Origin: Parahaliea sp.
GTDB lineage: Bacteria > Pseudomonadota > Gammaproteobacteria > Pseudomonadales > Halieaceae
Direction of reading: 5' to 3'
Length of the DNA: 64,000 bases
Assembly (NCBI GenBank): GCA_047974765.1
Contig: JBKECP010000027.1
Location: 1-64,000 of the forward strand
A program made the translations under genes and the position numbers. The first letter of the stretch is position 1; every line of letters begins with the position of its first letter. The notes under the pieces were generated by a model. That model was not told the DNA's origin, did not search any database, and saw only the letters and a program-made list of their open reading frames with translations. Shown one piece after another: positions 1 to 9,817 of this stretch.

Positions 1-440
1 ACAACAAGACGAGCACTGTTTTCACGGTATTCGACGGAGCTTGAATGCGGATAAGTTACGCTTGAGCAATCAGCTCAGAGGCTTGCTGGGCGAATATGGT
101 CTGGTGATGCCATGAGGGGATGCCGTCTTAAGGAAGGTGCTGCCAGGCTATTTAAGCAAGACCGACAACAGCTTAACCGAGCGTACCCGTTGCTATCTGG
201 CTCGCCAGTACGATCGGTTTTTGGCCATTATCAAAGAATTGGCCTGGTATGACAGGGTATTGCGCGAACAGGTCAAACCGGTCTGTAGAGAACCTGATTA
301 ACCCGGTGGCCCTTGAGGTCGACATGCCGATAAGGGCTCTGCAGGCGGCGAAACTTCATCAAGGCCAGAGGGCGAAGTGAGCTCCTCACAAACAGGCCGG
401 ATATACGACAACAACCTGTCCTGTTGCTTAACATCGACTG
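1..440 (+). pseudogene. IS110-family transposase remnant, 5'-truncated by the window edge, with an internal stop and frameshifts
   Basis: The frame starting at nt 2 reads ...LSNQLRGLLGEYGLVMP*GDAVLRKVLPGYLSKTDNSLTERTRCYLARQYDRFLAIIKELAWYDRVLREQVKP. This matches the conserved middle region of IS110 transposases (NQIRGLLAEFG-V-PQG...LP.LL...YD..L...). An in-frame TGA follows at about nt 113. Downstream the PGVGP-like motif appears only in shifted frames and is degraded. Confidence 0.45.
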
Positions 441-491
441 TGTGAGCCTTGTAAACGGGGAGGAGACCTAAAAGCGCTTTTGTGCTTTATG

Positions 492-1673
492 TCAGTCCCG
501 GCGCAGGCGGTCTGAAATAGCGATTGGGGTGGGATAATTCAGTACCACAATATAGGATGAAACCAACAGGGTAATGATGGTGGTAGCCTGAATGAGCAAA
601 GAACCACCGGGGCTGAGCAGGGCACTGCTGGTGGCAACATAAGCAATTAGCAGGGAAAATTCACTGGCCTGCCCCAGACGAAAGCCAAGATCCCAGGCCA
701 GTGGTCGTTTTTCGCTCATACCCTTGAGTAAGAAACGATAAACCACTGGCTTGGCAGCCAATACCAGTACAGACAAAACCAGCGTTGGCAACAGCACAGT
801 GTTTAACATAGCCCATTCAAAGCGTGCTCCAACGGTAAAGAAGAATAAAATCAGGAAAAAGTCACGCAGCGGTTTGAGGTTGACAGCAATGTATTGGGCA
901 ATGGGGCTGGTGGCGATTGAAATGCCGGCGATAAAAGCACCTATCTCGGCTGACAGACCCACCAAAGCGGCGACTTCCGCCACGCCCAGACACCAGCCAA
1001 TAGCAATCAGAAAGATATATTCGTGGAAGCGGTCAAAGCGACCCATCAGCGGCAGGATACTATAGCGAACCAGCAACCAGGTACCTGCGCCAAGCAAAGG
1101 TAGAGCGAGGAAGGGGCGTATGAAGTCGAGTATTTCAGGACTGACACCTTTGCTGTCGCCACTGGCATTGAGTAGCAGCAAAACAATAATGGCCAGCAAG
1201 TCCTGCAACAGCAACAGACCAATCATCAATTCACCAATATGACGGTGATGTAATACTGTCGTTGGCAACAGCTTGATACCGATAATGGTCGAGGAGAACA
1301 TCATTGCTGTTCCGATTATCGTGGCTTCTATCAGTGCGAAACTAAATAACACAGCTACAGCAAAGCCCATCATCGCAAAAATGGCACAGCTGGTAATACC
1401 AACTACGGTTGATTTACGCAGGGTCGACAGCAACGCTTTTGGCTGCATATCGAGTCCGAGCAGGAACAGCAGGAAAATAATACCGACGTGAGCCGTATCC
1501 GACAGTAATTTCAGATCCGGCACCAGTGACAGCCCATAAGGGCCAATAGCAGCGCCCAGGGCCACATAGGCAATAATCAGAGGTTGGCGGGTATAGAGGG
1601 CAACGGATGCAAACAGCGCTGCACCGCTGTAGATCAGAAAAAAAGAAAAGGTGATGTTGCCGCCGTCCATCAT
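492..1673 (-). CDS. Cation:proton antiporter (CPA2/Kef-type membrane domain, no KTN domain)
   Basis: The 393-aa polytopic membrane protein begins ...ALGAAIGPYGLSLVPDLKLL...IFLLFLLGLDMQP, which is typical of CPA2 Na+/H+ or K+/H+ exchangers. Confidence 0.7.
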   Translation of the reverse strand: MMDGGNITFSFFLIYSGAALFASVALYTRQPLIIAYVALGAAIGPYGLSLVPDLKLLSDTAHVGIIFLLFLLGLDMQPKALLSTLRKSTVVGITSCAIFAMMGFAVAVLFSFALIEATIIGTAMMFSSTIIGIKLLPTTVLHHRHIGELMIGLLLLQDLLAIIVLLLLNASGDSKGVSPEILDFIRPFLALPLLGAGTWLLVRYSILPLMGRFDRFHEYIFLIAIGWCLGVAEVAALVGLSAEIGAFIAGISIATSPIAQYIAVNLKPLRDFFLILFFFTVGARFEWAMLNTVLLPTLVLSVLVLAAKPVVYRFLLKGMSEKRPLAWDLGFRLGQASEFSLLIAYVATSSALLSPGGSLLIQATTIITLLVSSYIVVLNYPTPIAISDRLRRD

Positions 1674-1752
1674 CCACCCTGAGCAATGACTGTCAGGCCG
1701 AGTGTAAAGCAGTGTCGCGGGCTTGCACAGTGTACACAGACCCGCTTATGAC

Positions 1753-2223
1753 TCAGTTGCGGCGGCGAAACAATGGCAGTGGCTGGTTGATGGATGCCTG
1801 ATAATGTACGTCAAAATCATCCAGACTGGCCATGGATTCTTCCAGCAGCTGCTCATCTTCCATCTGGAAGGCATTAAAGCCACAGCGGCTCAGGTAATGC
1901 AGTTGATCGCGGATATAAGTACCGACCGCCCGCAACTCGCCCTGATAACCGCGTTGACGCAGCTCACGCCCGTAGGAAAACCCCCGGCCATCGGTGAATA
2001 CGGGAAAGCTGATGGCAACCAGTGCAATTTCATCCAGATGAGGCAACAGCGCCTCGATACCATCACCCGGCTCCAGTTGCACCGCACTACCTTGCTTGTC
2101 AGTCAGTTGCTGCCATTGTTCAAGTGTGCCAATACGGCCATCGGTGAGCTGTTCGGCTTCCGGGTCAATGGGCAGCCAGCGCTCATCTTCGACGATGGCT
2201 CTGTCTTTAATCAGCTTTGGCAT
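1753..2223 (-). CDS. DUF934 family protein, the usual partner of CysI-like sulfite reductase
   Basis: From MPKLIKDRAIVEDERWL the protein carries the conserved motifs ...FPVFTDGRGFSYGRELRQRGYQGELRAVG...RCGFNAF...QPLPLFRRR. Its start overlaps the stop of the upstream reductase, which suggests translational coupling. Confidence 0.7.
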   Translation of the reverse strand: MPKLIKDRAIVEDERWLPIDPEAEQLTDGRIGTLEQWQQLTDKQGSAVQLEPGDGIEALLPHLDEIALVAISFPVFTDGRGFSYGRELRQRGYQGELRAVGTYIRDQLHYLSRCGFNAFQMEDEQLLEESMASLDDFDVHYQASINQPLPLFRRRN

Positions 2224-3871
2224 AGACGCGCTCCTTAAAGGGCTCAATACCGACACGGTTATAGGTGGCCAGAAAGGTTTCCTCTTCAGCCCGTAGATCC
2301 ACAAAGGTTTGCAAAATGCGCTCGATCACATCGGGCACATCTTCCTGGCTGAAGGAGGGGCCGAGAATTTTACCGATAGCGGCGTTGTGGGACTGGCTGC
2401 CCCCCAGAGAAACCTGATAAAACTCCTGCCCCTTTTTATCAACGCCAAGAATACCTATCTGGCCGATATGGTGGTGGCCACAGGCGTTCATACAGCCACT
2501 GATGTTGAGATCAATGGGGCCCAGGTCATAAACGTAGTCCATATCCTCAAAGCGGGATTGAATAGCTTCAGCTACCGGTATGGATTTGGCATTGGCCAGC
2601 GAGCAGTAGTCACCGCCGGGACAACAGATAATATCGGTCAGATAGCCGATATTGGCCGTTGCCAGCCCCGCCTTTTGCAGTATCTGCCAAAGTTCATACA
2701 GATCTGCTTGGCGTACATCCGCCAGCACCATGTTTTGCTCGTGGGTGGTGCGCAGTTCACCGAAGCTGTAGGTGTCAGCCAGGTCGGCCAGCAGTTCGAG
2801 CTGACGGTCGCTGACATCACCGGGGGTAATGCCGGTAATCTTGAGTGAAACAGTGACGGCGCGATAACCGGCAACACGGTGTTCCACCGTATTGCGCTTG
2901 AGCCAGTTGGCAAAGATCGGGTCAGCGGTGGCCTGTTGTTGCAACGCTGCCAGACTGGCATTTTCGTCGATAGTTTCGTAGGCAGGATCAACAAAAAAAG
3001 ATTTGGCGCGGTTGATCTCCTGTTCCGTAAGGGTGCTTGGGCCGTCCTTGATCTGGGCCCACTCTTTTTCGACTGCATCGCGGAAGGCTTCCACACCCAT
3101 TGCCTTGACTAGAATTTTGATGCGCGCCTTGAACTTGTTATCGCGGCGACCGTGCTGGTTATAGACCCGTAAAATGGCTTCCAGATAGGTCAGCAGGTGT
3201 TTTTTCTCAATCCACTGTGTCATTACCGAAGCAATGACCGGTGTGCGACCAAGGCCGCCACCGGCCAACACCCTGAAACCGGTTTCACCATCGGCATTTT
3301 TAAGCAGCTCCACTCCGATATCGTGTACTTTGACCGCAGCCCGATCCTCACGGGTGGCACAAACAGCAATTTTAAATTTGCGCGGTAAAAAGGCAAATTC
3401 CGGATGAAAGGTACTCCACTGACGGATAATTTCACAGTAAGGGCGGGGGTCTTCCAGCTCGTCCCGGGCCACACCGGCAAACTGATCAGTCGTGGTATTG
3501 CGGATACAGTTGCCACTGGTCTGAATGGCGTGCATCTGCACCGTTGATAATTCTTTCAAAATGGTCGGCACCTCTTCCAGGCGCGGCCAGTTGAGCTGGA
3601 TATTCTGACGGGTACTGACATGGGCATAGCCCTTATCGTACTCGCGGGTGATAAAGGCCAGTTTGCGCAATTGTGTTGAATTGAGCAGGCCGTAGGGAAC
3701 AGCGATGCGCATCATTGGCGCCAATCGCTGAATGTAAAGCCCGTTTTGCAGGCGCAGTGGCAAAAACTGGGCTTCGCTCAGTTTACCTTCAAGATAGCGC
3801 CCGGTCTGGCGGCTAAACTGGGCGACCCGCTGCTCGATAGCGCGTTGGTCATAGTCATCGTAAACGTACAT
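2207..3871 (-). CDS. cysI: Assimilatory sulfite reductase hemoprotein-like (nitrite/sulfite reductase family, siroheme-4Fe4S)
   Basis: The 554-aa protein has the siroheme/Fe-S cysteine cluster motifs ...CPGGDYCSLA... and ...GCMNACGHHHIGQIGILGV, with duplicated NiR/SiR ferredoxin-like domains. Confidence 0.8.
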   Translation of the reverse strand: MYVYDDYDQRAIEQRVAQFSRQTGRYLEGKLSEAQFLPLRLQNGLYIQRLAPMMRIAVPYGLLNSTQLRKLAFITREYDKGYAHVSTRQNIQLNWPRLEEVPTILKELSTVQMHAIQTSGNCIRNTTTDQFAGVARDELEDPRPYCEIIRQWSTFHPEFAFLPRKFKIAVCATREDRAAVKVHDIGVELLKNADGETGFRVLAGGGLGRTPVIASVMTQWIEKKHLLTYLEAILRVYNQHGRRDNKFKARIKILVKAMGVEAFRDAVEKEWAQIKDGPSTLTEQEINRAKSFFVDPAYETIDENASLAALQQQATADPIFANWLKRNTVEHRVAGYRAVTVSLKITGITPGDVSDRQLELLADLADTYSFGELRTTHEQNMVLADVRQADLYELWQILQKAGLATANIGYLTDIICCPGGDYCSLANAKSIPVAEAIQSRFEDMDYVYDLGPIDLNISGCMNACGHHHIGQIGILGVDKKGQEFYQVSLGGSQSHNAAIGKILGPSFSQEDVPDVIERILQTFVDLRAEEETFLATYNRVGIEPFKERVYAKAD

Positions 3872-4030
3872 TAAACAGTCCTGTTAGCGCGGGCTGAATT
3901 GGCTGAATCACTGGCCAGGTTGGCAGAGGGGCGCTACCTTACCAGAAAATCTACTCACTGAAATATGCCATCTACTCATAAGGTTAGAACCCAATTGGAA
4001 GGTTTTATCTGAGCCATGTTCAGGTATCTC

Positions 4031-7000
4031 TCAATGATTGAGGTTGGATGACAGCCAGCGGGCCATATCCTGTGGTGGTATCTGTTTTCGCCGGGCCAGA
4101 TCATCCACCTGATCCTGTCCGATTTTACCCACTGAAAAATAGCGCGAATCAGGGTGGGAAAAATACCAGCCGCTAACTGCCGCCGCCGGTAGCATGGCGA
4201 AATGATCAGACAGGGTCACACCGGTATTGGCTGTGGCATCAAGCAGTTTAAACAGAGCTGCCTTTTCGGTGTGATCCGGGCAGGCAGGATAACCCGGGGC
4301 GGGGCGAATACCGCGGTAGCGCTCGCGGATCAGGGCCTCGTTGTCGAGGGCTTCATCGGGCGCATAGCCCCACAGTTCACGACGCACCTGCCGATGCAGG
4401 TATTCAGCAAAGGCTTCAGCCAGTCGGTCGGCAAGTGCTTTAACCATAATGGCGCTGTAATCATCGTGCTCGGCGTGAAAGGCTGCAGCCCGTTCAGCCG
4501 CACCGTGACCGGCTGTTACACAGAAACCGCCCACGTAATCGGGCAGGCCACTGCCAACAGGTGCGACAAAGTCAGCCAGAGAGAAATTGGCTTCACCATT
4601 GGGTTTTTCCAACTGCTGGCGCAAATGATGCAGGCGGCTTAATTCTTCGCTGCGGCTCTCGTCAGTGTACAGGATCAGGTCGTCACCATCGCGTTCCGCT
4701 GGCCAGAAACCAACTACTGCACGAGCTGTGAGCCATTTTTCACTGATGATTTTGTCGAGCATGGTACGGGCATCATGGAATAGGTCCCGTGCTTGAGCAC
4801 CAACTTTGGCATCTTCAAGAATGGCCGGGTATTTGCCCGCCAGTTCCCAGGAAATAAAGAAAGGTGTCCAGTCGATAATTTCCAGCAGATTCGCCAGCGG
4901 GAAATCCTCAAATACCCGGGTGCCGGTAAAGGACGGGCGGGGAGGCTGATAATTCTGCCAGTTTAGTTGTAAGCCGTTGGCAGCGGCTTCCGGGTAGGGC
5001 AGGGTGCGGCTGCGGGGTTTGCGATTGGCCACCCGCTCGCGGATAACTTCATAGTCAGCGCGCAGACCGGTAATATAGTCGGCTTTGCCGCTGCCCATCA
5101 ACTGAGTGGCCACAGCCACGCTGCGTGAGGCATCAGGTACATAAACCACCTGATCGTGCTGGTAGATGGGTTCGATCTTGACAGCGGTATGGGCCTTGGA
5201 AGTAGTAGCACCGCCAATCAATAAAGGTACATTAAAATCCCCGCGCTGCATCTCTGAGGCAACGTGTACCATCTCATCCAGGGAGGGCGTAATCAGGCCG
5301 GACAGACCGATAATATCGACCTTTTTTTCACGCGCAATACGCAGGATTTCCTCGCAGTGCACCATCACACCAAGGTCGATGACCTCGAAGTTATTGCACT
5401 GCAATACTACGCCGACGATATTCTTGCCGATATCGTGAACATCACCTTTGACGGTGGCCATCAGAATGCGGCCATTACTGGCAGTAGCCTCAGTTTTTTC
5501 AGCTTCGATGTAGGGTTGCAGATAAGCCACTGCCTGCTTCATCACACGAGCACTTTTGACCACCTGGGGCAGGAACATCTTACCCTCGGCAAAGAGGTCG
5601 CCGACCACATTCATGCCGTCCATCAGCGGGCCTTCGATCACCTGGATGGGGCGTTCGAAGGTCTGCCGGGCTGCTTCTGCATCCTCGACAATATAGGTGT
5701 TGATACCCTTGACCAGCGCATATTCAAGACGCTTGTCAACAGACTGTTCGCGCCAGCTTAAATCTTCACTGCGGGCCTTGTCGCCACCGCTGTCGCGGTA
5801 GCGTTCAGCCAGCTCCAGCAGGCGTTCAGTGCCGTCGTCACGGCGGTTGAGAATGACGTCCTCGACCGCCTCACGCAATTCGGTGGGCAGCTCATCATAA
5901 ACCGCCAGCTGGCCAGCGTTGACGATCCCCATATCCATACCGGCATGAATGGCATGGTAGAGAAAGACAGAGTGGATGGCTTCGCGCACGGGGTTGTTGC
6001 CCCGGAAGGAAAAGGACACATTGGACACTCCGCCCGAGACCAGGGCGCCGGGCAGGCTGGCCTTGATAAAGCGGGTCGCCTCGATGAAATCGACGGCGTA
6101 GTTATTGTGTTCGTCGATACCGGTGGCGACAGCAAAGATGTTCGGATCAAAGATGATATCCCGGGGGTTGAAGCCGACTTCATTGACTAAAAGCTCATAG
6201 CAGCGACGGCAGATGGCCTCGCGCCGTTGCAGGTTGTCGGCCTGGCCGCTCTCATCGAAGGCCATCACCACCACGGCAGCACCATAGCGGCGGCACAGAC
6301 GGGCCTGTTCGAGGAATTCCTCCTCGCCGGCCTTCAGGCTGATGGAATTGACCACCGGCTTGCCCTGAATGCACTTCAAACCAGCTTCAATCACCTGCCA
6401 GCGGGAAGAATCAATCATAATTGGCACCCGCGAAATATCCGGTTCGGAGGCAATCAGATTCAGGAAGGTGACCATCGCCTGCTCGGCGTCCAGCATGCCC
6501 TCATCCATATTGATGTCGATGATCTGGGCGCCGTCTTCCACCTGCACCCGGGCCACTTCAAGAGCGCTCTCGTAGTCGCCTTCCATAACCAGCCGTTTGA
6601 AACGGGCAGAACCTGTCACATTACAGCGTTCACCGACATTGATGAAAAGGCTGCTGGCGGTGATATTAAAGGGTTCCAGGCCGCTCAGACGACAGGCGCC
6701 TTCGGGTTGGGGCAGGGGCCTGGGGGCAATACCTTCGACGGCTTCGGCAATGGCACGGATATGCGCCGGGGTAGTGCCACAGCAACCACCGGCCAGATTG
6801 AGCATGCCGCGCTCGGCAAAGCCGCGAAAGTCTGCGTGCATATCTTCGGGTGTTTCGTCATATTCACCAAAAGCATTGGGCAGGCCAGCATTTAAGTGGG
6901 CACTGAAGTAGCATCCACACACTTTTGAAAGCTCTTCAAGAAATGGCCGTATCTCTTTGAATCTTCTGCCACAATTACTGCCAACAACTAAGGGATTGGC

Positions 7001-7720
7001 ATGGGCAACAGCGTTCCAGAAAGCCTCCGGGCTTTGACCTGACAGCACTCGCCCGCTGGTGTCGGGGAAAGTCACTGAGATCATCAGTGGCAGTTCTATA
7101 CCGAGCGCTTCAAAGACGCCCTGAACAGCAAAAACAGCCGCTTTTGCATTGAGGGTATCAAAGACAGTTTCAATCATCAGCAGATCGACACCACCCTCGA
7201 TAAGAGCGTGTGTGGCCTCGCTGTAATCGCGCACCAGTTCATCAAAGTGGATATTGCGTGCGCCGGGGTTGTTAACATCCGGTGAAATCGAGGCCGTGCG
7301 CGGGGTCGGCCCGAGAATACCAGCCACATAGCGGGGTTTGTCTGGCTGCTGGCGACTATATTCATCCGCTGCTGAGCGAGCCAGGCGGGCACCGGCCAGA
7401 TTCAATTCGTAAGCCAGCGCCTGCAGGCCGTAGTCTGCCTGGGCAACAGCGGTACTGTTGAAGGTATTGGTTTCGATAATATCAGCGCCAGCGGCCAGAA
7501 ATTCCCGATGCAGGTCGGTGATGATCTGTGGCTGGGTCAGTGACAACAGATCATTATTGCCTTTGAGATCGCTGTCATGATCAATAAAGCGCTGGCCGCG
7601 GTAGTCAGCTTCAAGCAGTTTGCGAGTCTGGATCATGGTGCCCATAGCCCCGTCGAGAACCATAATTCGCTGTTGCAGGCTCTGCTCAATGGCGGCATAA
7701 GAAGGGTGTTTGCGGGGCAT
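4031..7720 (-). CDS. metH: Cobalamin-dependent methionine synthase
   Basis: All MetH modules are present: Hcy-binding, pterin-binding (MGTMIQ...), B12-binding ([10 protein letters not shown]) and the AdoMet reactivation domain. The start is placed at [13 protein letters not shown]... (1229 aa), not at the longer upstream ORF extension. Confidence 0.93.
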   Translation of the reverse strand: MPRKHPSYAAIEQSLQQRIMVLDGAMGTMIQTRKLLEADYRGQRFIDHDSDLKGNNDLLSLTQPQIITDLHREFLAAGADIIETNTFNSTAVAQADYGLQALAYELNLAGARLARSAADEYSRQQPDKPRYVAGILGPTPRTASISPDVNNPGARNIHFDELVRDYSEATHALIEGGVDLLMIETVFDTLNAKAAVFAVQGVFEALGIELPLMISVTFPDTSGRVLSGQSPEAFWNAVAHANPLVVGSNCGRRFKEIRPFLEELSKVCGCYFSAHLNAGLPNAFGEYDETPEDMHADFRGFAERGMLNLAGGCCGTTPAHIRAIAEAVEGIAPRPLPQPEGACRLSGLEPFNITASSLFINVGERCNVTGSARFKRLVMEGDYESALEVARVQVEDGAQIIDINMDEGMLDAEQAMVTFLNLIASEPDISRVPIMIDSSRWQVIEAGLKCIQGKPVVNSISLKAGEEEFLEQARLCRRYGAAVVVMAFDESGQADNLQRREAICRRCYELLVNEVGFNPRDIIFDPNIFAVATGIDEHNNYAVDFIEATRFIKASLPGALVSGGVSNVSFSFRGNNPVREAIHSVFLYHAIHAGMDMGIVNAGQLAVYDELPTELREAVEDVILNRRDDGTERLLELAERYRDSGGDKARSEDLSWREQSVDKRLEYALVKGINTYIVEDAEAARQTFERPIQVIEGPLMDGMNVVGDLFAEGKMFLPQVVKSARVMKQAVAYLQPYIEAEKTEATASNGRILMATVKGDVHDIGKNIVGVVLQCNNFEVIDLGVMVHCEEILRIAREKKVDIIGLSGLITPSLDEMVHVASEMQRGDFNVPLLIGGATTSKAHTAVKIEPIYQHDQVVYVPDASRSVAVATQLMGSGKADYITGLRADYEVIRERVANRKPRSRTLPYPEAAANGLQLNWQNYQPPRPSFTGTRVFEDFPLANLLEIIDWTPFFISWELAGKYPAILEDAKVGAQARDLFHDARTMLDKIISEKWLTARAVVGFWPAERDGDDLILYTDESRSEELSRLHHLRQQLEKPNGEANFSLADFVAPVGSGLPDYVGGFCVTAGHGAAERAAAFHAEHDDYSAIMVKALADRLAEAFAEYLHRQVRRELWGYAPDEALDNEALIRERYRGIRPAPGYPACPDHTEKAALFKLLDATANTGVTLSDHFAMLPAAAVSGWYFSHPDSRYFSVGKIGQDQVDDLARRKQIPPQDMARWLSSNLNH

Positions 7721-7834
7721 TGCTGGGCTTCCTGTTTGACGCTGACAAGCCCTCAGCTCAAGCCAAGGGGAGTTAAAAAGGGCGCGTATTCTATCAGAAC
7801 TCTGTCGCTGTCCGGATTCTGATTTTGGTATATC

Positions 7835-7860
7835 TCGACATTGTTCATCGACATTGTTCA
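7835..7860. repeat. Perfect tandem direct repeat of 13 nt (TCGACATTGTTCA x2) in the metH-nfuA divergent intergenic region
   Basis: Read directly: tcgacattgttca tcgacattgttca. Possible regulator binding site. Confidence 0.5.
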
Positions 7861-7921
7861 ACGCGGTGATAAAATACCCGACTAATTTACTCGGAAACGA
7901 TCCGAACAGGTGCAAAACACA

Positions 7922-8497
7922 ATGATTTCCATTACTGAATCGGCCCAGGAATATCTCGCTGAATTATTGTCCAAACAGGAAGATACTCTGGGTGTAAGAG
8001 TTTTTATCAATCAACCGGGCACTCCCCGGGCAGAAACCTGTATCGCCTACTGCCGCGAAGGTGATATTCACGAGGATGATGAAAAACGTATTTATGAAAA
8101 GCTTACCGCCTGGTTTGACGGCCCCAGCATTCCTTTTCTGGAAGATGCCCTGGTAGATTATGCCAAGGACCGCATGGGCGGTCAGCTGACCATCAAGGCG
8201 CCCAATGCCAAATTGCCCCGCGTGGATGAAAACAGTTCACTGCCAGAGCGTATCAATTATGTGCTTTACAACGAGGTCAATCCCGCGCTGGCCTCCCACG
8301 GCGGCGAAGTCAGTCTGGTGGAAGTCACCGATGACAACTACGCTATTTTGCGCTTTGGCGGTGGTTGTCAGGGCTGCGGCATGGCCGACCAGACACTCAA
8401 GCACGGTGTCGAAAAAACTCTGCTGGAGCAGTTGCCCGAACTGGCGGGTGTACGCGATATGACCGACCACAGTGATCGCTCTCAGGCCTATTATTAA
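7922..8497 (+). CDS. nfuA: Fe-S biogenesis protein NfuA (IscA-like N-domain plus Nfu C-domain)
   Basis: [16 protein letters not shown]...[16 protein letters not shown]...[22 protein letters not shown] matches the E. coli NfuA architecture and its CxxC motif. Confidence 0.9.
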   Translation: MISITESAQEYLAELLSKQEDTLGVRVFINQPGTPRAETCIAYCREGDIHEDDEKRIYEKLTAWFDGPSIPFLEDALVDYAKDRMGGQLTIKAPNAKLPRVDENSSLPERINYVLYNEVNPALASHGGEVSLVEVTDDNYAILRFGGGCQGCGMADQTLKHGVEKTLLEQLPELAGVRDMTDHSDRSQAYY

Positions 8498-8514
8498 GCC
8501 GCTGTTTTTATAAG

Positions 8515-8560
8515 CTGCCAGAACAGGTGTTTAAAACACCGTGTTCTGGCAGTTGTCGTC
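8515..8560. terminator. Bidirectional rho-independent terminator between the convergent nfuA and DAHP synthase genes
   Basis: A long hairpin, CTGCCAGAACAGGTGTT-TAAA-AACACCGTGTTCTGGCAG with a 1-nt bulge, is followed by TTGTCGTCTGCTTTTCC. Confidence 0.6.
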
Positions 8561-8568
8561 TGCTTTTC

Positions 8569-9642
8569 CTAAACCCGCCGCCCAGGCAGTGCATCCTTTA
8601 ATCTATCGCGCAACTCCCGCAGGCAACGGGCAGTGGTGTCCCAGTCGATACAGCCGTCAGTTACGGAAACACCGTAGGCCAGTTCGTCGAGATTATCGGG
8701 AATCGGCTGATTACCGGCATGGATATGACTTTCGATCATCAGGCCGACAATAGAGCGATTGCCATCGAGAATCTGCTGGCCCACATTCTCAACCACCCGG
8801 GGTTGCTGTTCGGGCTGTTTGCTGGAATTGGCGTGACTGCAATCAACCATAATATTGGCAGGCAGTTTGCCTTTGGCCAGAGCTGTTTCACAAAGCGCCA
8901 CATGAGCTGAATCGTAGTTGGGGCCGTCGGAGCCGCCGCGCAATACCACATGGCCATAGCGGTTGCCCTTGGTGGTATAAACCGCCACTTTGCCGTCGTG
9001 ATTGATCCCCAAAAAGCGGTGTGGCTTGGCGACGGAATTGAGGGCGTTGATAGCGACGGTCAGGCCGCCATCAGTACCATTTTTAAAGCCGACTGCGCCT
9101 GACAGACCACTGGCCATCTCCCGGTGGGTCTGGGATTCAGTGGTGCGCGCACCAATGGCAGACCAGCTGATCAGATCCTGTAAATACTGGGGTGAAATCG
9201 GATCCAGTGCCTCGGTCGAAGTGGGCAGACCCAATGCCAGAATATCGAGCAACAGCTGGCGACCAATATGCAGACCTTCCTCGATTTTGAAGGAGTCATC
9301 CAGATAAGGGTCATTGATCAAGCCTTTCCAGCCAACGGTAGTACGCGGTTTTTCAAAATAGACACGCATTACGATATAGAGCGTGTCAGCCAGTTCATCA
9401 GCCAGGGTCCGCAGGCGGCGGGCGTAGTCAATGGCCGCATCGGTATCATGGATAGAACAGGGGCCAACCACCACAAACAGGCGGTGGTCTTTACCATCGA
9501 GAATATCCCAGATTACCTGCCGCGAGTCAGCCACCACATCACGAATAGATTCACTGGCTGGCAGTGCCTGCTTCAGTTGTGCCGGTGTAATCAGGACATC
9601 CTGAGAGGCGACATTGATATTGTGTAGGGCCGTATTACTCAT
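8569..9642 (-). CDS. 3-deoxy-7-phosphoheptulonate (DAHP) synthase, class I (AroF/G/H type)
   Basis: MSNTALHNINVAS...VVGPCSIHD...KPRTTVGWKGL... is the class-I alpha DAHP synthase signature. The start is at 9642 and an AGGAAAG ribosome-binding site precedes it. Confidence 0.9.
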   Translation of the reverse strand: MSNTALHNINVASQDVLITPAQLKQALPASESIRDVVADSRQVIWDILDGKDHRLFVVVGPCSIHDTDAAIDYARRLRTLADELADTLYIVMRVYFEKPRTTVGWKGLINDPYLDDSFKIEEGLHIGRQLLLDILALGLPTSTEALDPISPQYLQDLISWSAIGARTTESQTHREMASGLSGAVGFKNGTDGGLTVAINALNSVAKPHRFLGINHDGKVAVYTTKGNRYGHVVLRGGSDGPNYDSAHVALCETALAKGKLPANIMVDCSHANSSKQPEQQPRVVENVGQQILDGNRSIVGLMIESHIHAGNQPIPDNLDELAYGVSVTDGCIDWDTTARCLRELRDRLKDALPGRRV

Positions 9643-9817
9643 GGGCGCTTTCCTGCTAGAACCTGTTAAAGTGGCAACCATTCGTGCCAGAACACAATCG
9701 GATTACCGCTGATAATCTGGCGCGCATTCTATAGCAGCCTGCCAGCTTTTGACAGAAAGCCTCAAAAGAGAGGCATGCGGGTCTGCTGGGTATCAACCTG
9801 TCTTTGAGGATCAATGA

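Noticed and set aside
2638-3096. 152-aa minus-strand ORF and plus-strand ORFs within the cysI-like gene
   Set aside because: These are alternative-frame or antisense ORFs inside a gene with clear siroheme/Fe-S motifs.
6227-6895. 222-aa plus-strand ORF, with several others at 4202-4642, 5264-5761 and 6597-6911, inside metH
   Set aside because: These are antisense to a continuous, fully colinear metH reading frame. They have no domains and are typical high-GC antisense ORFs.
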